Positions 7,304 to 16,868 of a stretch of DNA of 32,000 bases are shown here, piece by piece. The position numbers and the translations under genes were made by a program. This DNA comes from Desulfocapsa sulfexigens DSM 10523. GTDB lineage: Bacteria; Desulfobacterota; Desulfobulbia; Desulfobulbales; Desulfocapsaceae. The first letter of the stretch is position 1, and each line of letters starts with the position of its first letter. The notes beneath the pieces were generated by a model. That model worked only from the letters and a program-made list of their open reading frames with translations. It was not told the DNA's origin and did not search any database. The stretch is from NCBI RefSeq assembly GCF_000341395.1, contig NC_020304.1, positions 900,001-932,000 of the forward strand. The letters are read 5' to 3'.

Positions 7304-8451
7304 AAAAATTCCCCATACAAGGACGTACCCTGGCACTGGTGGTGGTAATTTTGCCACTCCTGGCTCTCTTTATCTATGTCGCTTTGCGTTCAGGGCCGCT
7401 GGCCCCTGTACCAGTGACCGTGACCACGGTAAAGAAACAGAGCATTACACCTGCACTCTTTGGCATCGGTAATGTCGAGGCTCAATACACCTACAAGATC
7501 GGTCCGACCTTTGTGGGGCGCCTGAAACACCTCGATGTTCAAGTTGGAGATCTTGTTAAGGCCGGGCAGGTACTTGGCGTAATGGACCCCGTTGATCTTG
7601 ACGACAGAATCCACGCTCAAGATTTCGCAGTGAAGCGCGCCAATGCCCAGTTGAGTGAAGCCAAGGCCAGGCAGACTTATGCGCTAACGCAGGCTCAACG
7701 GTATGAACAATTACTGGCCGCGCGATCAACCAGTGAGGAAAGCGTTGCTACTAAAAATCATGAACTTGATGTGGCTGCGGCAGCTTTAAAGGCAGCCTCT
7801 GAGGAACTCGATCGTGTCCAGTCTGAACGCGATGCCCTGATAGCCCAACGCAACAATCTGAAACTTGTCGCCCCGACTGATGCACTGGTCGCCCTGCGCA
7901 ATGTTGACCCAGGTACGACAATCGTGGCTGGCCAGGCAGTGGTAGAGCTGGTCGATCCCCTAAAAATGTGGGTTAATGTGCGCTTTGATCAAATTCACTC
8001 AGGTGGAGTAGCAGCCAATCTGCCAGCCCAGATCGTACTCCGCTCTCAGTCGGAAAAAGTTCTAGGGGGTCGAGTGATACGGGTTGAACCATTGGCCGAT
8101 GCCGTGACTGAGGAAACCCTGGCTAAGGTGGTGTTCAATCAGCGTCCTGAGCCACTGCCGCCAATAGGTGAACTGGCCGAAATAACAGTGTTTTTACTGC
8201 CACTCCCAGCTGCACCAATTATTCCCAACGCAGCCATCCAGCGAATCGATGGCCGATTGGGGGTATGGCAGGTAAAAAATGGTGATCTGCACTTCACACC
8301 GGTCTCACTCGGTGTTGCTGATCTGGAGGGTCATGTGCAGGTTCGCGAGGGACTCAATAATGGAGACCAAATCGTGGTTTATAGTGCAAAGTCCTTGACA
8401 GCAGGCACCCGCATTGATGTTGTTGATCACATCCCTGGTGTAAAGCCATGA
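7300..8451 (+). CDS. HlyD/DevB-like periplasmic adaptor (membrane fusion) protein
   Basis: Single N-terminal TM, biotinyl-lipoyl-like region KHLDVQVGDLVKAGQVLGVMDPVDL, coiled-coil, APTDALVALRNVDPGTTIVAGQAVVELVDP. Overlaps the TetR stop (ATGA). Confidence 0.88.
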   Translation: MKKFPIQGRTLALVVVILPLLALFIYVALRSGPLAPVPVTVTTVKKQSITPALFGIGNVEAQYTYKIGPTFVGRLKHLDVQVGDLVKAGQVLGVMDPVDLDDRIHAQDFAVKRANAQLSEAKARQTYALTQAQRYEQLLAARSTSEESVATKNHELDVAAAALKAASEELDRVQSERDALIAQRNNLKLVAPTDALVALRNVDPGTTIVAGQAVVELVDPLKMWVNVRFDQIHSGGVAANLPAQIVLRSQSEKVLGGRVIRVEPLADAVTEETLAKVVFNQRPEPLPPIGELAEITVFLLPLPAAPIIPNAAIQRIDGRLGVWQVKNGDLHFTPVSLGVADLEGHVQVREGLNNGDQIVVYSAKSLTAGTRIDVVDHIPGVKP

Positions 8452-9653
8452 TCAGCCTTGCGGGACGCGACATCATGCATGCCTGGGGCAAATTCGTTTT
8501 TACCGGTGTCGGCCTTGGGCTGCTTATCGGCGTGACACTGTCCATGGCTGGGATTTATCGAGGCATGGTGGATGATGCCAAGGTGCTTCTTGACAACAGT
8601 GGCGCTGATCTCTGGGTTGTTCAACAAGACACCCTCGGTCCCTATGCTGAACCGTCAAGCATCTACGATGACGCCTGGCGCTCCATTCGTGGCATGCCTG
8701 GCGTTGTAAGGACTGCCAATGTTACCTATCTTACCATGCAGGTTAAGCAAGGCGAACGAGATGTACGAACCATGGTTACCGGCATCACTCCCGGAGAGCC
8801 CGGTACCCCCGGATGGCCCCCATATCTCGTCGCCGGTCGCCAGATCACCCGTGGCCATTACGAGGCCGTGGCGGATATCGCCTCCGGATTTAAGCTTGGC
8901 GATAAGCTCCAGATCCGCCGCAACTACTACACTGTGGTTGGCTTGACCAGGAGAATGGTCTCTTCTAATGGTGATCCAATGGTATTCATCCCACTCAAGG
9001 ATGCTCAGGAGGCCCAATTTCTCAAGGACAATGACGCCATCCACCAGCAACGGCGTCGCACCACTGCCAACCCGGCATTCAATCAACCGAACGTTCCAGG
9101 TTTACTCGATGCGATCATCGCCACCCAAAGCATCAATCCTTACGTTAATGCAGTACTGGTGCAGCTTGAAACGGGCCACAACCCTGATATTGTGGCAGAA
9201 TCGATCCGCCGTTGGAAACGCTTGACAGTCTACACGCGCAGCCAGATGGAGGAAATACTCGTTGGTAAACTCATTGCCACTGCGGCAAAACAGATATTCA
9301 TGTTTCTGGTTATTCTTTCGGTTGTCAGCTCAGCTATTGTTGCTTTCATTATCTACACTCTGACCCTTGGCAAGATACGCGAAATTGCCGTGCTGAAATT
9401 AATCGGCACTAAAAACCGGACCATTGTCGCTTTGATTATGCAACAGTCTGTTGCTCTAGGCATGATTGGTTTTGTCGTAGGAAAAATCACAGCCACTTTA
9501 CTGATGGCACCGTTTTTTCCTAAATATGTCCTTTTGGAGCCCCTCGACTCGGTCGTCGGTTTTGCCGCCGTAGTGCTGATATGCATTCTGTCGAGCGTTA
9601 TCGCCATTCGTGCTGCTCTCAAGGTCGATCCGGCTGAGGCCATTGGGGGTTGA
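8448..9653 (+). CDS. ABC transporter permease, DevC/MacB FtsX-like
   Basis: MISLAGRDIMHAWGKFVFTGVGLGLLIGVTLSMAGIYRG..; periplasmic domain, C-terminal FtsX-like three TM with KIREIAVLKLIGTKNRTI. ATGA overlap with the adaptor gene. Confidence 0.87.
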   Translation: MISLAGRDIMHAWGKFVFTGVGLGLLIGVTLSMAGIYRGMVDDAKVLLDNSGADLWVVQQDTLGPYAEPSSIYDDAWRSIRGMPGVVRTANVTYLTMQVKQGERDVRTMVTGITPGEPGTPGWPPYLVAGRQITRGHYEAVADIASGFKLGDKLQIRRNYYTVVGLTRRMVSSNGDPMVFIPLKDAQEAQFLKDNDAIHQQRRRTTANPAFNQPNVPGLLDAIIATQSINPYVNAVLVQLETGHNPDIVAESIRRWKRLTVYTRSQMEEILVGKLIATAAKQIFMFLVILSVVSSAIVAFIIYTLTLGKIREIAVLKLIGTKNRTIVALIMQQSVALGMIGFVVGKITATLLMAPFFPKYVLLEPLDSVVGFAAVVLICILSSVIAIRAALKVDPAEAIGG

Positions 9654-9654
9654 T

Positions 9655-10362
9655 ATGGGTTATAAAGGTATTCAAATCGAAGGATTAAAAAAACGTTATG
9701 GCAACGGAGAAACCGCCGTAGATGCCCTTAAAAAGGTAGATATGCATGTGGCCCCAGGTGAAGTGGTCGGTCTGATCGGACCGTCAGGATCAGGCAAAAG
9801 TACGTTGCTGAAATCCCTCGGAGCGGTGATCGAACCCACTGCCGGGCGAATGATTCTTGGAGATGAGGTCATTTATGACGATGGCTGGAAAGTGAAGGAT
9901 TTGCGCGCCCTGCGCCGCGATAAAATTGGTTTTGTCTTCCAGGCTCCGTATCTCATTCCTTTCCTCGATGTAACCGACAACATCGCATTGCTCCCCATGC
10001 TTGCAGGTGTGCCAAATGGTGAAGCACGTGAGCGGGCAATAGAGTTACTAAAAGCCCTTGATGTGGAACATCGTGCCAAGGCCATGCCATCCCAACTCTC
10101 GGGAGGTGAGCAGCAGAGGGTAGCCATTGCCCGGGGCTTGATTAACCGCCCACCGGTAATTCTAGCCGACGAGCCTACGGCACCTCTCGACAGCGAACGG
10201 GCACTGGCTGTCATTCGTATTTTAAACGATATGGCTCACCAGTACGAAACGGCTATCATCATAGTCACCCATGATGAAAAAATCATCCCGACCTTCAAAC
10301 GCATCTATCATATCCGTGATGGCGTAACCTACGAGGAAGCCGGAGAAGGTCGCGATTTTTAG
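9655..10362 (+). CDS. ABC transporter ATP-binding protein, DevA/LolD-like
   Basis: Walker [10 protein letters not shown], signature [15 protein letters not shown], Walker [10 protein letters not shown]-loop VTHD. ATG at 9655, 1 nt after the permease stop. Confidence 0.9.
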   Translation: MGYKGIQIEGLKKRYGNGETAVDALKKVDMHVAPGEVVGLIGPSGSGKSTLLKSLGAVIEPTAGRMILGDEVIYDDGWKVKDLRALRRDKIGFVFQAPYLIPFLDVTDNIALLPMLAGVPNGEARERAIELLKALDVEHRAKAMPSQLSGGEQQRVAIARGLINRPPVILADEPTAPLDSERALAVIRILNDMAHQYETAIIIVTHDEKIIPTFKRIYHIRDGVTYEEAGEGRDF

Positions 10363-10395
10363 TGAAAGCAGAGCAAGAGAGGCTCACAACTACCA

Positions 10396-10860
10396 ATGAA
10401 ATACAAACAAGCTATCAAAACAATCGGTGCTGTCAGTACGATTGGGACATCGTTGCTGCTCGCTGGCATTATGGCTTTGGCTGATACCAACACGAAGGCA
10501 GGGCCGCTCACTCTTGTAAAGATCATGCAAGACCAGGGCATGTATATGGAGAAAATTACCGCAGGTATTATTCGTGAAGATTGGCAACAGGTGTCAGAAA
10601 GTGCACTGCGGATTGCCGGCCATCCTCAGCCGCCGCTGACCGAGAAGATCCGTATCCTTGGTTTTGTCGGTTCGGATGTCAACACGTATAAGAACTACGA
10701 CAAGAAAACCAGCCAGGCAGGTCAGGAACTCAGTCAAGCAGCTGAGCGCCAGGATGGAATACTGGTGGTTTCTGCCTTTGCAACTTTGCAAACCAGTTGC
10801 CTTTCCTGTCATCAGCATTTTCGCATACCGTTTCAGGAGTATTTTTATGAGCATCGTTAA
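10396..10860 (+). CDS. Cytochrome c'-like secreted monoheme protein
   Basis: 154 aa, signal peptide, C-terminal CLSCHQHFR heme motif (CXXCH followed by xxFR as in cytochrome c'), helical N-terminal half LVKIMQDQGMYMEKITAGIIREDW. Confidence 0.7.
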   Translation: MKYKQAIKTIGAVSTIGTSLLLAGIMALADTNTKAGPLTLVKIMQDQGMYMEKITAGIIREDWQQVSESALRIAGHPQPPLTEKIRILGFVGSDVNTYKNYDKKTSQAGQELSQAAERQDGILVVSAFATLQTSCLSCHQHFRIPFQEYFYEHR

Positions 10861-12280
10861 AACAATAACTGGCCACATCTTCACTGCATCTATCATTGCC
10901 GGCCTGCTGGCTGCTTGTTCGATTGGCCCGGATTTCAAGCGCCCCCAATCTCCTAAGGTGGAGAATTACACCCCCACTCCAATAAACCTTGGAGGATCAC
11001 AGCGTATCAGCGAGGACGGCCTGGTCAATCAACAATGGTGGCATGAGCTCGGCTCAGCAAAGCTAAACGCCCTGATCGATGAAGCCTTGCAAGCTAACCC
11101 CACACTGATTGGTTATCAGGCTACGCTACGCCAGGCCGATGAACTGTATGCTGCCCAGGCTGGCTCGAGCCTGTATCCCCAGCTTGGTGCCAACGTAGGT
11201 GGCCAGCGGCTGCGCTCTAATCCCGGCATTTTATCAGGGCAGAGTGGTGATACCCAGGAATTCAGTATTTACAACACCAGTGTCGGCGTTCAGTACACCT
11301 TCGACCTGGTCGGCGGTAACCGACGCGCCTTGGAGTCCCTGGCCGCCAAGGTTGATTATCAACGCTTCCAACTTGAAGGAGCCAGACTGACGCTAACAAC
11401 TCATATTGTTACAACCGCTGTCACTCAGGCCAAGCTTGCTGGTCAAATCCAGGCCACAGAGGCCATCCTTCAGTCCCAGGAAGAACAGATGGAGCTGACC
11501 AGAGAGCGTGTACGTCTTGGCCAGGCCGATCGAGATGATGTCCTGGCCTTGCAAGTCCAGGTAGAACAGACCCGTGCCAGTATTCCACCCTTGCGGAATC
11601 AACTTCAGCAAAACGAGCACCTGCTTGCTGTACTCACCGGTCGGGCTCCAGGGAACGGAGAAGGACCATCCTTCTCCCTTCACGAATTCACTCTGCCGGC
11701 TGATCTGCCCCTAACCGTCCCCTCCGTACTGGTTCGCACCCGCCCCGACATTCTGGCTGCCGAAGCCCTGCTGCATGCGGCCAATGCAGAATACGGTGTG
11801 GCTATTGCCCAGCTTTACCCCCAACTCACCCTCAGCGCCAATCTTGGTTCACAGGCCTTAACCACCAGTGCGTTGTTTGGCAGCAACTCAGCTATTTGGA
11901 GTCTGGTCGGACAGCTGACGCAACCCCTGTTTAATCCGGGATTACCAGCACAAAAACGGGCAGCCCTGGCTGCATTCGATGCAGCGGCGGCCAGTTACCA
12001 AAATGTAGTGCTCGAATCGTTACGTAATGTGGCTGATGTGCTGCGTGCCTTGGATAACGATACTCAAAGGTTGACTTCCCTTTCCGCTGTCGATGTGGCA
12101 ACGCAGGAATCGTTGGAATCCATCCGGCGACAATATGCCCTTGGAGCCGTGAGCTATGTCGGTCTACTCATTGCACAACAGCAGGCACAACAGGTACGAG
12201 TAGCTCTGGTCGAGGCGCAGGCACAACGCCTTATCGATAGTGCCGCCTTCTATCAAGCCATGGGTGGAAATGAAGGATGA
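10847..12280 (+). CDS. Outer membrane efflux lipoprotein, NodT/OprM-like
   Basis: Lipobox LAACSIGPDFKRP, YQATLRQADELYAAQAGSSLYPQLGA, TRPDILAAEALLHAANAEYGVAIAQLYPQLTLSANLG. Start at ATG 10847 (MSIVKTITG), overlapping the cytochrome gene by 14 nt; the track start at 10658 is too far upstream. Confidence 0.9.
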   Translation: MSIVKTITGHIFTASIIAGLLAACSIGPDFKRPQSPKVENYTPTPINLGGSQRISEDGLVNQQWWHELGSAKLNALIDEALQANPTLIGYQATLRQADELYAAQAGSSLYPQLGANVGGQRLRSNPGILSGQSGDTQEFSIYNTSVGVQYTFDLVGGNRRALESLAAKVDYQRFQLEGARLTLTTHIVTTAVTQAKLAGQIQATEAILQSQEEQMELTRERVRLGQADRDDVLALQVQVEQTRASIPPLRNQLQQNEHLLAVLTGRAPGNGEGPSFSLHEFTLPADLPLTVPSVLVRTRPDILAAEALLHAANAEYGVAIAQLYPQLTLSANLGSQALTTSALFGSNSAIWSLVGQLTQPLFNPGLPAQKRAALAAFDAAAASYQNVVLESLRNVADVLRALDNDTQRLTSLSAVDVATQESLESIRRQYALGAVSYVGLLIAQQQAQQVRVALVEAQAQRLIDSAAFYQAMGGNEG

Positions 12281-12656
12281 TAAACATTTGCATTAGAGGA
12301 ATACATCTTCTGACAAGGTATCGTCGCCTGCTCCTGCCATAAAAAAGTGGCGTTACGATTAAGAAACTTTCTCATCATTTCAAAACCTTATCCCATATCA
12401 ATCTGGATACTTACACCCGCCTACCGAATGTTTCCCTTAGCGATCAGAAAGAACTTCAGGGTAGGAGAAACAACACCTGCTCAGCCTCCGTCACATTAGG
12501 AAATATACAGTCATGAATCAGTTGTCTTTTTCAATTAGTGCTCTGAAATCGCTGTTCACATATTGCTATCCAATTATCATGTGAGTTTTCTCGATCTCGG
12601 GCCGAGAGATCTCTCTCAACCCGGCTTTGTTTAACGGGTACAGAAAAAAACAACAA

Positions 12657-12688
12657 AAAACCCGCTAACCAATTCTGGTTGCGGGTTT
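12657..12688 (-). terminator. Rho-independent terminator after tRNA-Leu
   Basis: AAACCCGC-T-AACCA-ATTC-TGGTT-GCGGGTTT hairpin; the minus-strand RNA continues into a U-rich tract (TTTTTTGTTG...). Confidence 0.85.
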
Positions 12689-12722
12689 GATGTCCATCTA
12701 TGGACTATGATGGATTAGTTAA

Positions 12723-12808
12723 TGGTGCCGAAGGCGAGAATCGAACTCGCACGACCGTGGGCCACTGCCCCCTCAAGACAGCGTGTCTACCAGTTCCACC
12801 ACTTCGGC
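12723..12808 (-). tRNA. tRNA-Leu, anticodon GAG
   Basis: Minus strand GCCGAAGTGGTGGAACTGGTAGACACGCTGTCTTGAGGGGGCAGTGGCCCACGGTCGTGCGAGTTCGATTCTCGCCTTCGGCACCA: acceptor GCCGAAG/CTTCGGC, class II variable arm, anticodon loop TTGAGGG, encoded CCA. Confidence 0.95.
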
Positions 12809-12828
12809 ACACAATTCTATGACTTATT

Positions 12829-13206
12829 TTATTCCTGAGCTTTAGGAGCCTCCGGAGCAGGTGAAGCTTCTTCAGATACCGCTGTGGGCATTGGGATTAC
12901 CGTTTCAGCAGATTCTTTTTTTTCTTCCACCATAGTAGCTTGCGGTACTACGTTCATCAATGATCCGGTACTTGAGGTCGATGAAATATAAGCAAGACTT
13001 ACAGATGTAACCATAAAAACTATTGCAGATGCTGTTGTAATCTTATTAAGCAGCGGCACAGGGCCTTCTGACCCGAACAGCGACTGACTAGACCCACCAC
13101 CACCAAATGCAGCTCCTGCATCAGCGCCTTTTCCATGCTGGAGCAGGACAATGACAATCAGGAAGAAACATACTGCAACATGAGCAATGGTTAAAAGAGT
13201 TAGCAT
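12829..13206 (-). CDS. secG: Preprotein translocase subunit SecG
   Basis: LLTIAHVAVCFFLIVIVLLQHGKGADAGAAFGGGGSSQSLFGSEG...NKITTASAIVFMVTSVSLAYIS. Confidence 0.92.
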   Translation of the reverse strand: MLTLLTIAHVAVCFFLIVIVLLQHGKGADAGAAFGGGGSSQSLFGSEGPVPLLNKITTASAIVFMVTSVSLAYISSTSSTGSLMNVVPQATMVEEKKESAETVIPMPTAVSEEASPAPEAPKAQE

Positions 13207-13219
13207 TAACTACTTGGTC

Positions 13220-13975
13220 TCAAATAAAATTAATAATTCTACAAAACGAATCAGCATCAAGCGCCGCACCGCCGACAAGCGCACCGTCTATATCGGTCTG
13301 CGCCATTAGTTCATCGACGTTATCAGGTTTGACCGAGCCACCATACAATATTCTAACGGTGTCGGCAATATTTTTTTCAAACATTTCTGCTAATAGTTTC
13401 CGAATAAAGGCATGAGCCTCCTGAGCCTGTTCCTTACTGGCCGTTTTTCCGGTACCTATCGCCCATACCGGCTCATAGGCCACAACAGTTTTCCCCATAT
13501 CCTGGAGACTAACCCCTGCAAGTCCTTCTCGGAGCTGTTCTTCTAATATTTCAAAGGTCTTCTCACCTTCTCTTTCTTCCAAAGTTTCTCCAACACAAAA
13601 AACCGGAATCAGACCGAATGCCAATGCACCGAGAACTCGCTTATTAATGATCGCATGATCTTCATGAAAAATCTGCCGACGCTCAGAGTGCCCGATTATG
13701 GCGGCTGTTCCTCCGGCTGATTTGATCATGGTTGGCGATATTTCCCCGGTAAAAGCACCCTCAGCTTCCCAGCAAACATTTTGAGAGGCAATCAGGACAT
13801 CACTGCCCTGCAGGACATGCGCCACCTCACTGAGCACCGTGTATGGCGGGGCCAGCAGGACATCTCGGTCAGCCAACCCGGCGGAACATTTCCCTATCGC
13901 AGCGGCCAGCTGACATGCATCAATTACAGTAGTATGCATTTTCCAGTTTCCAGCAAGTAATGGTCTACGTTTCAT
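13220..13975 (-). CDS. tpiA: Triosephosphate isomerase
   Basis: LLAGNWKMH, GHSERR, AYEPVWAIGTGKTAS, ILYGGSVKPDN, GALVGGAAL. Confidence 0.96.
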   Translation of the reverse strand: MKRRPLLAGNWKMHTTVIDACQLAAAIGKCSAGLADRDVLLAPPYTVLSEVAHVLQGSDVLIASQNVCWEAEGAFTGEISPTMIKSAGGTAAIIGHSERRQIFHEDHAIINKRVLGALAFGLIPVFCVGETLEEREGEKTFEILEEQLREGLAGVSLQDMGKTVVAYEPVWAIGTGKTASKEQAQEAHAFIRKLLAEMFEKNIADTVRILYGGSVKPDNVDELMAQTDIDGALVGGAALDADSFCRIINFI

Positions 13976-14007
13976 TCCACCTCCAGATTACCAAATTATC
14001 AGAAAGA

Positions 14008-15186
14008 TCACTTTCTCAGGACTTCCACACCAGGCAACGTCTTCCCTTCCATAAGTGCCAGAAAAGCTCCGCCCCCTGTGGACATATACGAGATATTGGC
14101 AGCTTCACCCGATTTTTTCACTGCAGCATTGGAATCTCCTCCGCCTGTTACAGACAGGGCATGCGATGAGGCTACCGCCTGGCATATAGCCATTGTACCA
14201 CGAGCAAAGGCATCCATTTCAAAGGCTCCCATGGGACCATTCCAGACGATAGTTCGAGCATCCGCCATCGCTTCCTGGAAATAGATTGTACTTGCAGGAC
14301 CGATATCCAGCGCCATCCAGCCTTCAGGCACATCACGGGAGGTGACATTTTTAACAACAGCATCAGCAGCAAATCGATCCGCAGCGACAAAATCAACAGG
14401 AAGATAAAGCTTAACCCCTTTCTCCTCAGCTTCCCGCACAAATTCCCGGGCACTGGCAAGAAGATCTTCTTCTATCTTTGATGCCCCCATATCAATCCCC
14501 TGACTCTTCAGGAATGTGTTGGCCATGGCACCACCAATTATCATGGTATCAACCTTATCCAACATATTTTTCAGAGCACCAAGTTTGGAAGAAACTTTTG
14601 CGCCGCCAACAAGGGCTACCAGAGGTCGCACCGGAGTGTCCATGGCCTTGTGGAAAAAATCCATTTCGGTCTGCAGCAAAAAGCCTGCCGCCTTCTCAGC
14701 AACACAGGCAGGGATTCCGACCACGGAGGCGTGAGCCCGGTGCGATACGGCAAAGGCATCATTGATATAAACATCTGCCATGCGGGCTATCTGCTCGGCA
14801 AAAACTGTGTCATTTTCAGTTTCCTGCTTATGGAAACGTAGATTCTCGAGCATCACCACATCACCCGGCTGCATCGCAGCAACAAGAGCCTCACTTTCTC
14901 CCCCGACACAGTCAGGAGCAAGAAGCACCGGGCGCTCGAGAATAGCGGCGAGATGACTGGCAGCAGGAGCAAGACTGAACTCCATAACCCGTTTTCCGCC
15001 GGGTCGACCCATATGGGAGCAGAGAATCAGTTTCGCTTCCTGATTCAGGATATGGTTGATAGTGGGCAAAGCCATGCGAATACGGATATCGTCTGTTATA
15101 TTTCCATCTCCGTCCATTGGCACATTAAAATCAACCCGTACCAGTACCCGCTTTCCCTTCAAGTCAAGATCACGAATTGTATTCAT
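14008..15186 (-). CDS. pgk: Phosphoglycerate kinase
   Basis: GKRVLVRVDFNVPMD, SHMGRPGG, VMLENLRFHKQE, FLSVGGAKVSSKLG-type motif (VALVGGAKVSSKLGAL), GGGDSNAAVKK. Confidence 0.96.
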   Translation of the reverse strand: MNTIRDLDLKGKRVLVRVDFNVPMDGDGNITDDIRIRMALPTINHILNQEAKLILCSHMGRPGGKRVMEFSLAPAASHLAAILERPVLLAPDCVGGESEALVAAMQPGDVVMLENLRFHKQETENDTVFAEQIARMADVYINDAFAVSHRAHASVVGIPACVAEKAAGFLLQTEMDFFHKAMDTPVRPLVALVGGAKVSSKLGALKNMLDKVDTMIIGGAMANTFLKSQGIDMGASKIEEDLLASAREFVREAEEKGVKLYLPVDFVAADRFAADAVVKNVTSRDVPEGWMALDIGPASTIYFQEAMADARTIVWNGPMGAFEMDAFARGTMAICQAVASSHALSVTGGGDSNAAVKKSGEAANISYMSTGGGAFLALMEGKTLPGVEVLRK

Positions 15187-15198
15187 GCAACCTTCCTC

Positions 15199-15648
15199 TT
15201 ATTCTGGATCGTCGTTCAACCTCAGGACGTACATAACGGCATCGTCCACAGGCTCTTTATAATAGTCTTTACGTCTTCCGGTTTTCAAAAAACCGTGTTG
15301 TTCATAGAGCCTTAATGCTGGATGGTTCTGGGAACGAACTTCAAGAAATATCTGCTCGGCTCCCTGCCCCTTCGCAATTGAGCAGAACTCCTGCAACAAA
15401 GCCCTGCCAATGCCCGATCTCCGAACTTCAGGGCCTACCGTTATTTTTAAAAGCTCTGCCTCAACACCCGTCTGCAAACCACAGCACCAGGCCCTCACCT
15501 CACCATCCGGAGCCACGGCAACAAGAGCAATCCCGTATTTTCGTTGGAGCTCAGAACGGATCTGCTGCCTGTTCCATGCTGAAAGACTGCGTTCCTCAAT
15601 GGCTGACACGGTCGCAACATCCCCACCATTCATCTGGCGGATATGCAT
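15199..15648 (-). CDS. rimI: Ribosomal-protein-alanine N-acetyltransferase (GNAT family)
   Basis: LLKITVGPEVRRSGIGRALLQEF (acetyl-CoA loop) and QIFLEVRSQNHPALRLYEQHGFLKTGRRKDYY, typical of RimI. Confidence 0.85.
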   Translation of the reverse strand: MHIRQMNGGDVATVSAIEERSLSAWNRQQIRSELQRKYGIALVAVAPDGEVRAWCCGLQTGVEAELLKITVGPEVRRSGIGRALLQEFCSIAKGQGAEQIFLEVRSQNHPALRLYEQHGFLKTGRRKDYYKEPVDDAVMYVLRLNDDPE

Positions 15649-15650
15649 AC

Positions 15651-16868
15651 CTACAGCATCTTATCAGCGACGGTTACCGTCAGATCGCCCAGTGTATTGG
15701 TATAACTTCCAAGTTCGTTATCATACCAGGCATAAACTACGGCCTGGGTGATGGGAACATTAAGGATATGATTAGCCCCAGCATCAATTTGGCAGCTCTT
15801 CAGTTTCTGAAGGTTCACTGGAATAGACGCTGTCCGGGTATGCGTCTCCGTTCCTTCAATTACGGCAGCAGCCTCGGGGACACCTATGATATCCGAAGAG
15901 ACATTCTGGTCCTCGGAAAATTCAAGATACTTGCTGTTTTCAGCATATTCACGGTAAATGGAATTGATCCGCTCCCGCTTCAACGGGCTGTCAAGATCGT
16001 CCTGAAAATTCATCACCAGGACAATAAGTGACCCGGTGGAGGTGGGAACCCGCACAGATTCTGCAATAAACCCAATGGATTGCATCTCTGGGATAACCAG
16101 AGCCAGAGCCTTGGCTGCTCCCGTGGTGGTCAGAATAATGTTATTAAGAATTGAACGATTTTTCCTGAGATCTGCAGCACCGGACTTTGGCAGAGTATCA
16201 AGAACCTTCTGACTGCCTGTTGCCGCATGAACCGTCACCATGGAAGCACTCAGGAAATTTTCTGCGCCAATGGATTCCATCAGTGGTTTTATCATGTAGG
16301 AAAGACAGGTGGTGGTACAGGATGCGGCAGAGATAAGTGCGTGCCTGGATGGGTCATAATCCTCATCATTTATTCCCATAACTGCCGTTACAGCATCCGC
16401 TGGCATATCAATGCCCTTAGATTTAATTTTAAATGGAGCCGACAGCATAACCTTCTCAGCTCCTGCCTGCAGATGGCCACGTAAGGCCCCCCACCCCGCA
16501 TCCGCATCAGCTGTGGGATCAGTGAACGCCCCGGTGGTATCCACCACCAGCTTCACATTATTTTCCTGCCAGGCTATATCTTTAGGATTTCTGGCAGTAC
16601 GAAGAAATTTCACCGGCACACCATTAATAACCATGGTTCCAGCCTCTTCATTCAGCTCTTCGATCACCCTGCCGCCCCTGTGGCCATGCAGATAGGTGCC
16701 AAGGCGTCCAAATGATGAATCCCGCTCTACCGAAGCTGCAAGGTCATTCAATCCCTGACCGATTTCACGGCCAACGTTAACCACCAGTCCTGAAAAATGT
16801 TTCCTTGAGACGTGGTGCCAGAGGGAGAGTTTTCCAATTCGACCCATGCCGTTTAAACCTAATTTCAT
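15651..16868 (-). CDS. gap: Glyceraldehyde-3-phosphate dehydrogenase, divergent long form (405 aa)
   Basis: LGLNGMGRIGKLSLW NAD-binding start, active-site region SAASCTTTCLSYMIKPL, VTVHAATGSQ, ILTTTGAAKALALVIPEM, ESVRVPTSTGSL, YDNELGSYTNTLGDLT. Confidence 0.9.
   Translation of the reverse strand: MKLGLNGMGRIGKLSLWHHVSRKHFSGLVVNVGREIGQGLNDLAASVERDSSFGRLGTYLHGHRGGRVIEELNEEAGTMVINGVPVKFLRTARNPKDIAWQENNVKLVVDTTGAFTDPTADADAGWGALRGHLQAGAEKVMLSAPFKIKSKGIDMPADAVTAVMGINDEDYDPSRHALISAASCTTTCLSYMIKPLMESIGAENFLSASMVTVHAATGSQKVLDTLPKSGAADLRKNRSILNNIILTTTGAAKALALVIPEMQSIGFIAESVRVPTSTGSLIVLVMNFQDDLDSPLKRERINSIYREYAENSKYLEFSEDQNVSSDIIGVPEAAAVIEGTETHTRTASIPVNLQKLKSCQIDAGANHILNVPITQAVVYAWYDNELGSYTNTLGDLTVTVADKML

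Noticed and set aside
10658-10846. N-terminal 63-codon extension of the outer-membrane efflux ORF in the track
   Set aside because: Overlaps the cytochrome gene in another frame and would bury the lipoprotein signal sequence; ATG 10847 gives a correct signal peptide and lipobox.
12281-12656. ~375-bp gap between the efflux operon and the tRNA operon, inspected for small RNA, integration scar or ORF
   Set aside because: Only weak symmetries (for example CTCGGGCCGAG near 12595) and no repeats of the tRNA 3' end; no mobile element or attachment-site evidence.
15315-16031. 238-aa plus-strand ORF
   Set aside because: Antisense to rimI and gap; composition typical of shadow ORFs (Pro/Ser/His-rich), no domain.
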